A DNA stretch of 54,626 nucleotides from Myxococcota bacterium (GTDB lineage: Bacteria; Myxococcota; XYA12-FULL-58-9; JALHOP01): NCBI GenBank assembly GCA_041288095.1, contig JBGGMJ010000134.1:1-54626 (forward strand). The letters run 5' to 3'. The notes below the pieces were generated by a model. The model had not been told where the DNA came from and ran no database searches. It was given only the letters and a program-made list of their open reading frames with translations. The translations under genes were made by a program, and so were the position numbers. Each line of letters opens with the position of its first letter. Positions within the stretch are counted from its first letter, which is position 1. Of this stretch, positions 44,017 through 53,299 are shown piece after piece.

Positions 44017-44751
44017 TCAGCCGGCGAGCTCTACTGGAAGCACGTGCGCGGCGATGCCGGCGGCGTCGCGAATGGGGCCACCGGCGGCCGCCACGACGAC
44101 GCTGGTCGGGGCGTGGCTCCCGAGCGTTCGTTGGATGCCGGCGATCTCTCGCGCAGCGTCGGTGACGAACGCGCCCACGCGAAAGCGCGCCAGCAGGCCA
44201 GCGACCTTGTCGCTCTTGAACGGCACCGTGAGCTGACCGTTTTGCTTGCACAGCAGCAGCGTGAACGGAATCTCGTGGTCGTTGAGGAACGTTCTCGTCG
44301 CGGGACCGAGCTCGGTGTTGCGGCCGGTCAGGATGATGTTTTGGATGCCGAGGCGCGCGGCTCGTTGCATGCGCTCGACAATCGCTCGGATGGGAACGTC
44401 GTCGCCGAGGCGATCCGCCTGCCAGAAGACGCGGTCCCAGACGATCTCGAAGCGCCGCTGGTCGAGTCCGAAGTCGCGGATCACGTCGTCGGTGTGCGGC
44501 GCGGTGTCGCGGAGCTGCGCCAGGGTGGCGGTTCGGCCATAGGCATGGAGGGCGGCGAGCATACGCTTGCGCGTCTCCACGATGGTGCCGTCGATGTCCC
44601 AGACGATGGCCCGAGGACCGCGCGCGGCGCCTAGCTCGGTGATGATGCGGTCGAGCACCGCGCCGCCGTCGGTCGGCAGGCCGGCTTGCAGCGGAGCGAC
44701 GTAGCGCGCCTCGCCAGTCGACCCCAAAGCCAGTCCGCGCGGCTGCATCAC
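44017..44751 (-). CDS. HAD-superfamily phosphatase-like protein
   Basis: IVWDIDGTIV (motif I), ILTGR (motif II), FK, FVTD; no signal peptide. Confidence 0.8.
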   Translation of the reverse strand: MMQPRGLALGSTGEARYVAPLQAGLPTDGGAVLDRIITELGAARGPRAIVWDIDGTIVETRKRMLAALHAYGRTATLAQLRDTAPHTDDVIRDFGLDQRRFEIVWDRVFWQADRLGDDVPIRAIVERMQRAARLGIQNIILTGRNTELGPATRTFLNDHEIPFTLLLCKQNGQLTVPFKSDKVAGLLARFRVGAFVTDAAREIAGIQRTLGSHAPTSVVVAAAGGPIRDAAGIAAHVLPVELAG

Positions 44752-44756
44752 ATCGA

Positions 44757-44784
44757 GTATCGGCGAGGAGACGTCGGGAGGTGC
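44757..44784 (-). promoter_or_regulatory. Sigma-28-like promoter
   Basis: GCAC-N16-GCCGATAC, 5-8 nt before GTG 44751 / ATG 44748. Confidence 0.6.
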
Positions 44785-44873
44785 CCGCTGCGGCGCGTCA
44801 ATGAAACCCTGACAAGTTTTTTGGTGGGGGCGCCGAGTTGCCGCTATGAGTTACCCTCCCCAGGAGGTGAGTC

Positions 44874-47159
44874 GTGCTCCGAGAGCTTCGACCCGCTGTG
44901 CTCGCCGGCGCTCTGTTCGCTTTCGCAGTCAGCTCAGCCAACGCGCAGAGCACTCCGCCCGAGGAGCCGGTGATTCCGCTCGAGGGTGCCGACACCCAGC
45001 GGGTGAACATCGAGGAGGCCGGCAGCGGCAGCATCGAAGAGTTCTCCATGGAAGAGCTCTTGAATCCGAAGGTCGTCACCGCGTCGCGCAGCGCCGAGCC
45101 GCTACGTGAGGCGCCAGTGCCGATCACCATCATCACCTCCGAGATGATTCGCGCCTGCGCGGGACGTCAGCTGATGGACGTGCTCACGGCCTACGTGCCC
45201 GGCATGACCTTCGTCGCCGATGCCAACGAGGCGAACATCGCGATGCGCGGTGTCTACGCGTCGTCGCAGCAGAAGATCCTCATCATGGTCGACGGCCACC
45301 GTCTCAACCAGCGCGCTTATCTCGCCGCGCCTCCCGACTACGGCATCAGCGTCAACCCGGACAAGGTGGCCCGTATCGAGGTGCTCCGCGGTCCGGGCTC
45401 ATCGATTTACGGTAACGTCGCGCTCACCGCGGTCATCAACATCGTCACCAAGGAAGGCAAGGAGCTCGACGGGGTTCGCGCCGTCATCGGCGCCGGCAAC
45501 TACGGTCAAGTTCGCCTCGACATGGCGTACGGCAAGCAGTTCGCGCCGGAGCACGACCTCACCATGTGGGCCACCGTCTATCGGGCCAAGGGCGAAGGCC
45601 GCAACGTCGACATCGAGGACGACTACTCGCTCGTGCCGCGCGGTGGCGAGGTCGTGATCAGCGGCGCCCGTCAGCCGGAGAACTACGACGTCGGCATGCG
45701 CTACCGCATCCACGACTTTTCGGTCTACGCGCAGCTCAACCGAGCCGGCTGGCGTGCGACCTACACCGACGTTGGACGCCTCGGCGAAATCTACGACTAC
45801 ACCGTCTTGCGTAGCTTCGAAGGCATCAAGAACGGCCTCTACAACAACAACACGCATGTCGCGATCGACTACAACCACGTCTTCAACGACAGCTGGTCGG
45901 TCACGGGCCAGCTAGGCTTCGACGCCGCCGAGATTCGCGGCAGCGACGTCACCAACTCGACGAACGGCCGTCAGACGCTGTCGTGGAACGAGCGCGGCAT
46001 CAACGGCTTCTTCCAGGTCAAGTACGACTACATCGTCCCGGGTTTGGGCCGCGGCAACGCCTTCGTGGGTGTGGCCGCCGACGTCTATCAGCTCTATGAC
46101 TCGATGACGATCGTCGGCACCAACGGCGCGCTCGAGACCGTCAACGACGTGCGCGGCCGCGAGCTGCTCCGCACCGGCAGCGAAGGCATCTACTCGACGT
46201 TCGCGCAGGTCAAACAACACCTCGGCGGCATGTTCCTGCTCAACCTCGGCGCCCGCGTCGACTACAAGGTGCGTCGCGGTCCGGTCGGCGATCCGTTCCC
46301 GCTTCCGGAAGTCGACGACATCACCGACGTATCGCCCCGCGCCGCGCTCATCTTCAACCCGGCCGACGAGTTCGACATGAAGCTGTCGTACGCGGAGTCG
46401 TTCGTCGACGCACCGTACTGGTATCGCTACAACAACATCCCGAGCTACCAGGGCGCCGTCGACCTCGAGCCCGAGAAGGCGCGTTCGCTCCAGCTCACTC
46501 CGACGGTGCGATTGCTGGACGGTCTCGTCATCTCGACCACGAACTTCTCGTACAACCGTCTGTCGAACGGCGTCTTCCGCGTGCCGGACGCCAACATCGA
46601 CCCGGCCAATCCGGTCTATTACAACAACTCCGGTGGCTTGAAGACCGCGACCGTCGAAGAGGAGATCGCGTTCAACACGGAGAACCTGCGCTTGCGCGCC
46701 AACGCCACGTTCTTCTACGTGCTCGACGTCGAGGGCTATACGGCCTTCGATGACGCGAGCGAAGCCGCCGACCCACGGCGCACCACGTCGAACCGTGTCT
46801 GGCACGTGCCGATGTTCTACGGCGCGTTCGTGGCGAGCGGCCGGCCGCTCCTCGACATGGCGCCGAGCACCTGGCTGGACGTCATCGTCCGCTATGTCGG
46901 TGACCAACAAGCGCCGATCCAGGCGGTTTCGATCAACAAGCCGGACGCCTCGGCCAACTTGCTCAACAAGAACAAGGCGCGCATCCTCCTCGACGCCCAG
47001 ATCCGCAGCGGCGACCTCTACGTGAAGGGCCTTTCGGTGTCCGCTAACGTGCACAACCTGCTGAATCACACCTACGGTCAGGGCGGCACGACGCGCTTCC
47101 CGTATCCGCAGGAAGGTCGCTGGTTCATGGTGCAGCTGGGCTACGCTTTCAGCCCGTGA
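44874..47159 (+). CDS. TonB-dependent receptor
   Basis: Signal peptide; VVTASR, plug domain RIEVLRGPGSSIYG..AVINIVT; NLLN..Y..GR..LGYAF C-terminus; AGGAGG RBS. Confidence 0.93.
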   Translation: MLRELRPAVLAGALFAFAVSSANAQSTPPEEPVIPLEGADTQRVNIEEAGSGSIEEFSMEELLNPKVVTASRSAEPLREAPVPITIITSEMIRACAGRQLMDVLTAYVPGMTFVADANEANIAMRGVYASSQQKILIMVDGHRLNQRAYLAAPPDYGISVNPDKVARIEVLRGPGSSIYGNVALTAVINIVTKEGKELDGVRAVIGAGNYGQVRLDMAYGKQFAPEHDLTMWATVYRAKGEGRNVDIEDDYSLVPRGGEVVISGARQPENYDVGMRYRIHDFSVYAQLNRAGWRATYTDVGRLGEIYDYTVLRSFEGIKNGLYNNNTHVAIDYNHVFNDSWSVTGQLGFDAAEIRGSDVTNSTNGRQTLSWNERGINGFFQVKYDYIVPGLGRGNAFVGVAADVYQLYDSMTIVGTNGALETVNDVRGRELLRTGSEGIYSTFAQVKQHLGGMFLLNLGARVDYKVRRGPVGDPFPLPEVDDITDVSPRAALIFNPADEFDMKLSYAESFVDAPYWYRYNNIPSYQGAVDLEPEKARSLQLTPTVRLLDGLVISTTNFSYNRLSNGVFRVPDANIDPANPVYYNNSGGLKTATVEEEIAFNTENLRLRANATFFYVLDVEGYTAFDDASEAADPRRTTSNRVWHVPMFYGAFVASGRPLLDMAPSTWLDVIVRYVGDQQAPIQAVSINKPDASANLLNKNKARILLDAQIRSGDLYVKGLSVSANVHNLLNHTYGQGGTTRFPYPQEGRWFMVQLGYAFSP

Positions 47160-47165
47160 CCAAGG

Positions 47166-48926
47166 CTAGCGGCGCGCGGCGCGGCGTGGACGATCGCCGC
47201 CGAAGCCACGCGTCGCGAAGGTCGAGTCGGTCGTACCGTAACGCAGGTTCAAGAGCGCGTTGGCGATGCTCTCGGGGTAGACCTTCTCTCCGAACTGACG
47301 GTTCAAGATCGTCTTGATCGTTCGAGCGGACTTGTGGCGATGCGCGACGATGAACGGCAGCTCGGAGTCGCGGCGGGATGGGCTGCCGTGCCACGAGCAG
47401 TAGGGATCGGCGAAGTAGAAGCGCTCCTCGGGCGTGTCTTTCTCGCCATTGGTTGCGAGCAACATGATGTCGCCGGCGCGCTCGCCGCGGATGCCGGTCG
47501 CGAGATCGGCGAGGCGGGTCTCCATGTCGACGTACGACGGATGCGGATGCTTCGCGAGATAAGCGGCGATGGGCATGGTGTGGCCATGCCCCACGTAGAC
47601 CTCGAACGGAGCATCGATCTCGTCGAAGGGCACCGGCTCGCGTGTCAGCACCATGTCGATCGACCCCTTCATGTTCGGCATGCCGGTGCCGTCCTTGCTG
47701 GCGCGGAAGAAGGCTTCGGCAAGCGGCACGACGTCTTCGTCGAAGCGCGGGGGCTTGGTCCAATCGCAGGGCTGAGCGCCACTCTCGCACGTCGAGCGAT
47801 CCGCGACATAGACGTACGCGGTGGCGCCGCCGGCGACCCAGACGGCGTCGAAAGGCGTGGTCTTGGGCACCTCGCGCTTGAAGGGCCGCAGCTGGTACCC
47901 GGCATTTCTCATGAGCGCGGCCGGCCCGGTGTCGCCTTTGGCGGACATGGCATGGCTCTCGTCGTTGACGACCTGGGTGTGGCCATGGTCCGCCACGACG
48001 ACGATGTAACGGTCGTCGAGGGCGTGACGCTCGGCGAGGCGGTTGTAGAGCTTGCCCAGCGCCGGGTCCGCGACCGCGGACATATAGCCGCGACGCGCCA
48101 CGTCCGGGCCTTCTTTGGCGACGTGTGCGTAGAGGTCGGCGCCCGCTAGATAGACGGTGAGAACGTCGGGAATGGGGCCGTCCTCGAGCGCATCCACGGT
48201 AACGCCGATCGCTTGCTTGTCGAGGGTGGCGTACGGACCGCGCGGGTCCTTCTCGCCCGTGACCATGTCGACTGTGTGCTCTTCGACGAAGTGCTGGAAC
48301 GCCTTGGCGAGAATCGTGCGCTTTGCGACCAGGACCTTGTCTGCTCCAGCGTACAGCGAATGCATGGTGACCCACACCAAGATGTCAGGGTCGCGCTCAC
48401 GCATTTGCTCGTAGATGGTGGGCCCGGCTTTGAGACTATCGAGATAGCCGTCGGTGTAGATCGCGATGCTGGGCTCGGCATCGCTGAAGGTGACCGGCGC
48501 CGGCGCGCCGAGGCGCGACGCTTCGCGAATGAAGAACTCGTTGCCGGTGACGCCGTGGATGGCGGGCGGCAGACCCGTGATGGTGGTGGTCCAGGCCGCC
48601 ATGGTGGACGAGGGCAAGGTCGCGATCATCCGGTCATCGAAGTGCGCGTGCGGGAAGGTGTAGGTGCCGTTGTCGGAGAGGAGCGCCGCGAGCGCGGGCA
48701 GCTGACCTTCGCGGAGCATGCTGTAGAGTGTATCGCGGTCGATGCCGTCGAAGAGCAGGATGAGGAGCTTGTTGTTCGTGAGCGGCGAGCTCGCAGGCTG
48801 ATCGTCGCCGCGCTCGCGCAGCTCACGCGCGCGCCCCTGCCCAACCAGCTGGGCGACCTTGACTGTCGTTCCACAACCGCCGAGCACCGATACCAACACG
48901 GCCGCGCAAGCCCAACGCCAACCCAT
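47166..48926 (-). CDS. Alkaline phosphatase superfamily lipoprotein
   Basis: Lipobox LGGC; FDGID, LPSST, TGLPPAIHGVTGN, DLYAH, ADHGH, WHGS. Confidence 0.85.
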   Translation of the reverse strand: MGWRWACAAVLVSVLGGCGTTVKVAQLVGQGRARELRERGDDQPASSPLTNNKLLILLFDGIDRDTLYSMLREGQLPALAALLSDNGTYTFPHAHFDDRMIATLPSSTMAAWTTTITGLPPAIHGVTGNEFFIREASRLGAPAPVTFSDAEPSIAIYTDGYLDSLKAGPTIYEQMRERDPDILVWVTMHSLYAGADKVLVAKRTILAKAFQHFVEEHTVDMVTGEKDPRGPYATLDKQAIGVTVDALEDGPIPDVLTVYLAGADLYAHVAKEGPDVARRGYMSAVADPALGKLYNRLAERHALDDRYIVVVADHGHTQVVNDESHAMSAKGDTGPAALMRNAGYQLRPFKREVPKTTPFDAVWVAGGATAYVYVADRSTCESGAQPCDWTKPPRFDEDVVPLAEAFFRASKDGTGMPNMKGSIDMVLTREPVPFDEIDAPFEVYVGHGHTMPIAAYLAKHPHPSYVDMETRLADLATGIRGERAGDIMLLATNGEKDTPEERFYFADPYCSWHGSPSRRDSELPFIVAHRHKSARTIKTILNRQFGEKVYPESIANALLNLRYGTTDSTFATRGFGGDRPRRAARR

Positions 48927-48998
48927 TCCCACCCCCGCGAATCCTATCCTTGGAAAATGGTGCTGCTTTCGGCCGGCGCAATGTCCTATGATGTTCGC

Positions 48999-49292
48999 AT
49001 GCCATTCCACGGTCTGTACAACTCGCGCCGCGCAACCCCGCCACAGCCGTCGATTGCCGCGGTTTGGGGAGAGTTGGCGCGGCGTTACGTGAAGCCCGAG
49101 CTCAACGCCAAGTCCGGTCCGGAAGAGATCTGGAAGGGTGTGCTATTTTTGCGAAAGATGGGCTACATCGCCGTCGACAGCGAAACGCAGGCGCCCGCTC
49201 CCGACATCACGCCTGGTGACATGCCCGAGATCGCCAACATCGTCGCCCAGCCGCGCGCGGCCAAGAAGTCGACGACCAAGAAAGCCAAATAA
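48999..49292 (+). CDS. Small hypothetical protein with Lys-rich tail
   Basis: 3' part of ORF 48213-49292 fills the gap between two minus-strand genes; start uncertain (48981 or 48999). Confidence 0.55.
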   Translation: MPFHGLYNSRRATPPQPSIAAVWGELARRYVKPELNAKSGPEEIWKGVLFLRKMGYIAVDSETQAPAPDITPGDMPEIANIVAQPRAAKKSTTKKAK

Positions 49293-49309
49293 GCCCGCTT
49301 GCCCGGTGG

Positions 49310-50698
49310 TCAGCGCTGGCCGCGGACGTACGCTACCAGGCCGTCCGCGAGCGACTTCGCGTAGCTGTCGAGGAAACCCCCGGGGACGCCGTAGGCAGTT
49401 CCGCGATCGCGGAACACCAGGGGGAAGATGCCCGGATGATTGTAAGTCGCGCCTTCGAGATACACGCTGAGGGGCTCGCCGGGCACCGCGTGTGGCAAGC
49501 GCAGGCTGCGGGCGAAGACGCCGGTGTCCTTGCCGACCGGCAACAAGAACTTGGGGTCGACCGCGCCCGTTTTGCCCGGCACTTGCGGGACCGCGCCGGT
49601 CGTCGCGCAGATGCTCTTCACCAGCGTCGCGGCGAGGTCCGCTGAAGCGTTCCAGCTGGTGCTCGCGCATTGCTGGACGAAGCGGGCTTGCCCCATCTTC
49701 GACTCGATGGAGTCGACCGAGAAGCAGCCGGGCACGTAGATTTTCACTTCGTGACGCGCCTCGGCGTTTACCTGATGAACCTCGGCGTCGAAGTGCATGA
49801 TGATGCTGATGTCGGGATGGTGACTGCCCATGCGTTCGGCGCGGCGCTCGAGGTCGAGCGCGCTCAGGAACGTACCGCGGTTGCCGGCGCGCTTGGCGAG
49901 CTCGGGATCGGCGTCGAGCAGCGCGTTCACGTAGGCGCGGTTGTTGGTGCGCGTGACGCGTCCCTGGCGGGTGATGACCACCTCGGCTCCGAGGCTTGCG
50001 AGGCGGCGCGCCAGGTTGCGCGCCGAGATGGCGTTCAGATCGCCCTCGGTGAGACCGTCCGCTGGAACGGTCTCGGGGTTCGTCGGCGGCGGGCCGTAGG
50101 TGACCCACTTGCCCTCGCGCATGTCTTCGATGTCGCCGAAATGGCCGGGGTCGAGCGCGACGCGAAGCCCGAGGAGCGGTTTGTGTGGCGGGGCGGTGCG
50201 AGCGATCTCGGCGATGCGGGCCACCGGCGAGTGACGGCTTGGTGCACGGGGCTCGTCGGCGAGCCGCACCTTGCTGATCGGCTCGCCCGCCTTGCCGGCA
50301 ATCAGCAAGTAGTCGCGACCGTCGATGCGGTCGAACGACGCCCGGGAGCGCGCTTCTTGCGAGAGCAAGAACGGCAGGACGCCTTCGACCTGGGCTCGGC
50401 TCACCGGGATCTTGGCGGGTAGGGGGGCCTTGGTGCTGTCGAGCTGAACGACACGCGGGATGAGGCGGTGGATATCACGCTCGCTCATCGCCTCGGCGCC
50501 GTCGGGAACGGTCATTCCGGGCATGGCGACACAGGCCATCAACTTTTGCGCCGCGGGGCTCATGCGAGCGCCCTCGCGCGCTGCCGTGAGATACCGCAGC
50601 GACTGCATGACCGGGCCCGCTGGCGAGGCCGGGCGCGTGTCGGTGCTCGGAGCTGATGCATGGGCCGTGAACTGGTCCGCTGGCGAGACTTTGCGCAT
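49310..50698 (-). CDS. N-acetylmuramoyl-L-alanine amidase (Amidase_3) with long N-terminal extension and no signal peptide
   Basis: VALDPGH, EGDLN, LGAEVVITR, LERRAE, IMHFD, YLEG: all Zn ligands and the catalytic Glu present. Confidence 0.85.
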   Translation of the reverse strand: MRKVSPADQFTAHASAPSTDTRPASPAGPVMQSLRYLTAAREGARMSPAAQKLMACVAMPGMTVPDGAEAMSERDIHRLIPRVVQLDSTKAPLPAKIPVSRAQVEGVLPFLLSQEARSRASFDRIDGRDYLLIAGKAGEPISKVRLADEPRAPSRHSPVARIAEIARTAPPHKPLLGLRVALDPGHFGDIEDMREGKWVTYGPPPTNPETVPADGLTEGDLNAISARNLARRLASLGAEVVITRQGRVTRTNNRAYVNALLDADPELAKRAGNRGTFLSALDLERRAERMGSHHPDISIIMHFDAEVHQVNAEARHEVKIYVPGCFSVDSIESKMGQARFVQQCASTSWNASADLAATLVKSICATTGAVPQVPGKTGAVDPKFLLPVGKDTGVFARSLRLPHAVPGEPLSVYLEGATYNHPGIFPLVFRDRGTAYGVPGGFLDSYAKSLADGLVAYVRGQR

Positions 50699-50708
50699 TG
50701 GACCGGCT

Positions 50709-50735
50709 TTATCGACCCGGCACCGCCCGGGTTGC
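50709..50735 (-). promoter_or_regulatory. Sigma-28-like promoter embedded in the 3' end of the upstream gene
   Basis: GCAA-N15-GTCGATAA, 10 nt before the amidase ATG 50698. Confidence 0.68.
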
Positions 50736-51623
50736 GGCGATGAGCGCGCCGACCTCGCGGCTGACGGCATCGACGACGGTGGGGTGGCCAGGAACGCCGA
50801 TGTGCCAAGCGGGCACGCGCGTCTGCAGATCGGCCCCATCGATGGTGCCGAAGACGGGTAGACGCAGCGTGCGTGGGAAGTTGAAAACGCGCGCGGTCGA
50901 GGCCCAGCGTTGCAGCGGTGTCTGTGGGGTCGACACCGCGTCGATGGTGACCATCAGGTCGAGGCGCGTGTTGGTCGCGGCGAGGGTGCGGGCGAGCGAG
51001 CTCGCGGAGGCGCCGCCCATGCTGTGGCCCGCCACCACCAGCCGGCGCGCCCGTGACTGCTGCTGCCAGATCCGTGCGCACGTCGCTGGCAAGCCGTTCG
51101 GATCACCGCTCTCGGCCTCGTGGGGGAACACCAGGAACTCCATGCGATCCCCGTGGCGCTGCAACAGCGGTCGCACCAACCCGTGCAAGACGTAGCCGCT
51201 GGCCATCGCGCCTTGGGGTGGGTCACGTCGGGCGCCCGCTGCCCATGCGTAGGTTTCCGCGGTGCCGCTCTCGTCGTAGGAAATCAGGCCCTCGAAACCC
51301 ATCACCAGAGTGTTCACGCCTCTCGCCGCCGCATCGTCCGAAAACGCCTGGCAGGCGGCGCGCGACCGCTCTGGTGTCCAGTCGGTACCGTCGAAGTGGG
51401 GCTTGGGCGGGCGATCGCGGCGCGTCGCCGGCAGTGTTGCGACCCGAGCGGTCGAGCGCGCTGGCTCGGCAATCTGGGGGCGGGGATTGCCGGCAACCCT
51501 ATAGAGACCGGCGGTGAGGGGCACCGTGGTGCTCGGTGCCGCCTCTATATCGTCCCGATTTTGGGCGGAGAATCGGGTGCTGAGGACGCCCCGAGGCGGT
51601 TCGATCGGCGGGATACCCGACAT
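50709..51623 (-). CDS. Alpha/beta hydrolase with disordered N-terminus
   Basis: VVAGHSMGG, MVTIDAV, C-terminal WH; no signal peptide. Confidence 0.8.
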   Translation of the reverse strand: MSGIPPIEPPRGVLSTRFSAQNRDDIEAAPSTTVPLTAGLYRVAGNPRPQIAEPARSTARVATLPATRRDRPPKPHFDGTDWTPERSRAACQAFSDDAAARGVNTLVMGFEGLISYDESGTAETYAWAAGARRDPPQGAMASGYVLHGLVRPLLQRHGDRMEFLVFPHEAESGDPNGLPATCARIWQQQSRARRLVVAGHSMGGASASSLARTLAATNTRLDLMVTIDAVSTPQTPLQRWASTARVFNFPRTLRLPVFGTIDGADLQTRVPAWHIGVPGHPTVVDAVSREVGALIAATRAVPGR

Positions 51624-51726
51624 CGACAGTCATACACGGTGGAGGAGCTTGTGGGTGCTGGTGGGACGAAAAACGTCATTAACCCGCAGAGCTAGGGTCG
51701 TGTACTTCTCTTGGGACGGTTCCACC

Positions 51727-53181
51727 ATGACCACCACGACGACGACGAACAATCAGCGGGTCTCTCGTTACGGGAGCCCCGAGCTCAACGACAACATCAA
51801 CCGCGTCATCACCATGCTTCAGACCGGCATCGGCACTGAAGACGAGGGGACGCGCTACAACGACCTGAAGCAGCTCGAGCGCCAGGTCATGGCGGACGTG
51901 AAGTCCGGCAAGTTGCCGCCCGAGAAGGCGTTCCAGATCGCCGCCGAGGTTCGTCGCCAGCTCACCACCGAGGCGCTGCAGCGCTTCGACGAGTACTTCA
52001 ACGAGAAGAACGCTCGCGGCAACCTGAACACGCTGATCGACGAGGCAGCCGACGGCCGGGCGCAAGCGCAGAGCTCGGCCCGCATGGGTCGTCAGATGCA
52101 GACGGCGATGCTCGCCCTGCGCAACTTCGACGGTCCGCCGAGCGAGCTGCTCGACGCCCGCCAGCATCTCGACGAGCTCGAGGCGCGCGGCGGACTCGAT
52201 CCGATCGGCGCCGCGGCGCTTCGCCAGAGCATCGACGCGCGTCTCGCCGAGATGGTCGGCGAAGGTCAGCTCGGCATCGCGCCGCCAACGCCGGTGTGGA
52301 ACGCCTTCATCGACTCGCAGGCCGCGCGCGACTCGGCGCGCAACATGTCGCAGCGCGCCGTCGCGGTGCAGCCACGCGACGTCTTGCTGCACCCCGAGAA
52401 GTTCGAGCCGACGCTGCGGGCGACGCTACGCACTGGGAATATCGCGCTCGGCGAGCTCGGTCGCTTGTCCGCTGAAGCGGGCGAAGCGCAGCGCCGCGGT
52501 ACGTTGTCGAACGCGGGTCGCCGCGCCATCGATCGCGCTATCGATTCAGGCGTGAAGAACAGCGCCGGCGTCATCGACCCCGCTGCTTCGGTGCCCCGCA
52601 ATACGGCGCTCGCGGCGGCTCGCCCCGGCGGCGTCGTGCAACGCACCCTGGGTGCGACGTTGCGACCAGAAGCGCTCGAGGACGGCAGCGGCGGCGTGAC
52701 CGAATCGGTGTCGCGTGAGGCGCGCGCGCGCAACGTGGCGCCGGTGACCGTGTCGGCCGCGCAAGCGAGCGTCAGCATCGCGGCGCGGGCCATCGACAGC
52801 GGTTCGCGTCCGACGGCGGCGCGCTCGACCAACGCGGAGGTCGAGAACGCGCGACGCAACGCCTTCGACTTTCACGATCCAGTCATCGCGCAACAGTTCG
52901 TGCATGCGCTCACCGGCCGTACCAAGGTGACCGCCGGCCAACGCGCGGCGCTCGTCGACTCGGTCTTGCAGAACGGCGCTATGTCGCTGGGTGAGCTACG
53001 CGCCTTCCAGATCGCTCTCGATGACGCCTCGCATCTCGGCCTCGTGACCCGCGAGGAGTCGCAACAAGCGTGGCGCACGGTCGCCTCGGAAGCCGCGCGG
53101 CATGTTGGCGGCTCGACGATCGCGGCACGGGCGCAAGGCGAAGAGATCGCTCGGCACGGCGTGCAACGCTTCCGCGGCTGA
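51727..53181 (+). CDS. Hypothetical helical protein starting MTTTTTTNNQ
   Basis: About 484-aa ORF with GC-biased codons; no signal peptide. Confidence 0.75.
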   Translation: MTTTTTTNNQRVSRYGSPELNDNINRVITMLQTGIGTEDEGTRYNDLKQLERQVMADVKSGKLPPEKAFQIAAEVRRQLTTEALQRFDEYFNEKNARGNLNTLIDEAADGRAQAQSSARMGRQMQTAMLALRNFDGPPSELLDARQHLDELEARGGLDPIGAAALRQSIDARLAEMVGEGQLGIAPPTPVWNAFIDSQAARDSARNMSQRAVAVQPRDVLLHPEKFEPTLRATLRTGNIALGELGRLSAEAGEAQRRGTLSNAGRRAIDRAIDSGVKNSAGVIDPAASVPRNTALAAARPGGVVQRTLGATLRPEALEDGSGGVTESVSREARARNVAPVTVSAAQASVSIAARAIDSGSRPTAARSTNAEVENARRNAFDFHDPVIAQQFVHALTGRTKVTAGQRAALVDSVLQNGAMSLGELRAFQIALDDASHLGLVTREESQQAWRTVASEAARHVGGSTIAARAQGEEIARHGVQRFRG

Positions 53182-53204
53182 GAGCTCCGCGCGGACATTT
53201 CGGC

Positions 53205-53231
53205 GCAACTCGTCGCCATCAGCCTCGATAA
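53205..53231 (+). promoter_or_regulatory. Sigma-28-like promoter
   Basis: GCAA-N15-CTCGATAA upstream of ATG 53300. Confidence 0.58.
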
Positions 53232-53299
53232 CCGACGCCCAAACCTGCGCGGGTAGGGCCGCCCCCGATCCTTCGCTGCAGGTGAGCGAAGGATGAGCG

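Noticed and set aside
51630..51705. CGTGTA on both strands in the divergent gap between 51623 and 51727
   Set aside because: Only 6 nt and two instances; does not match the CGATA core well enough to call.
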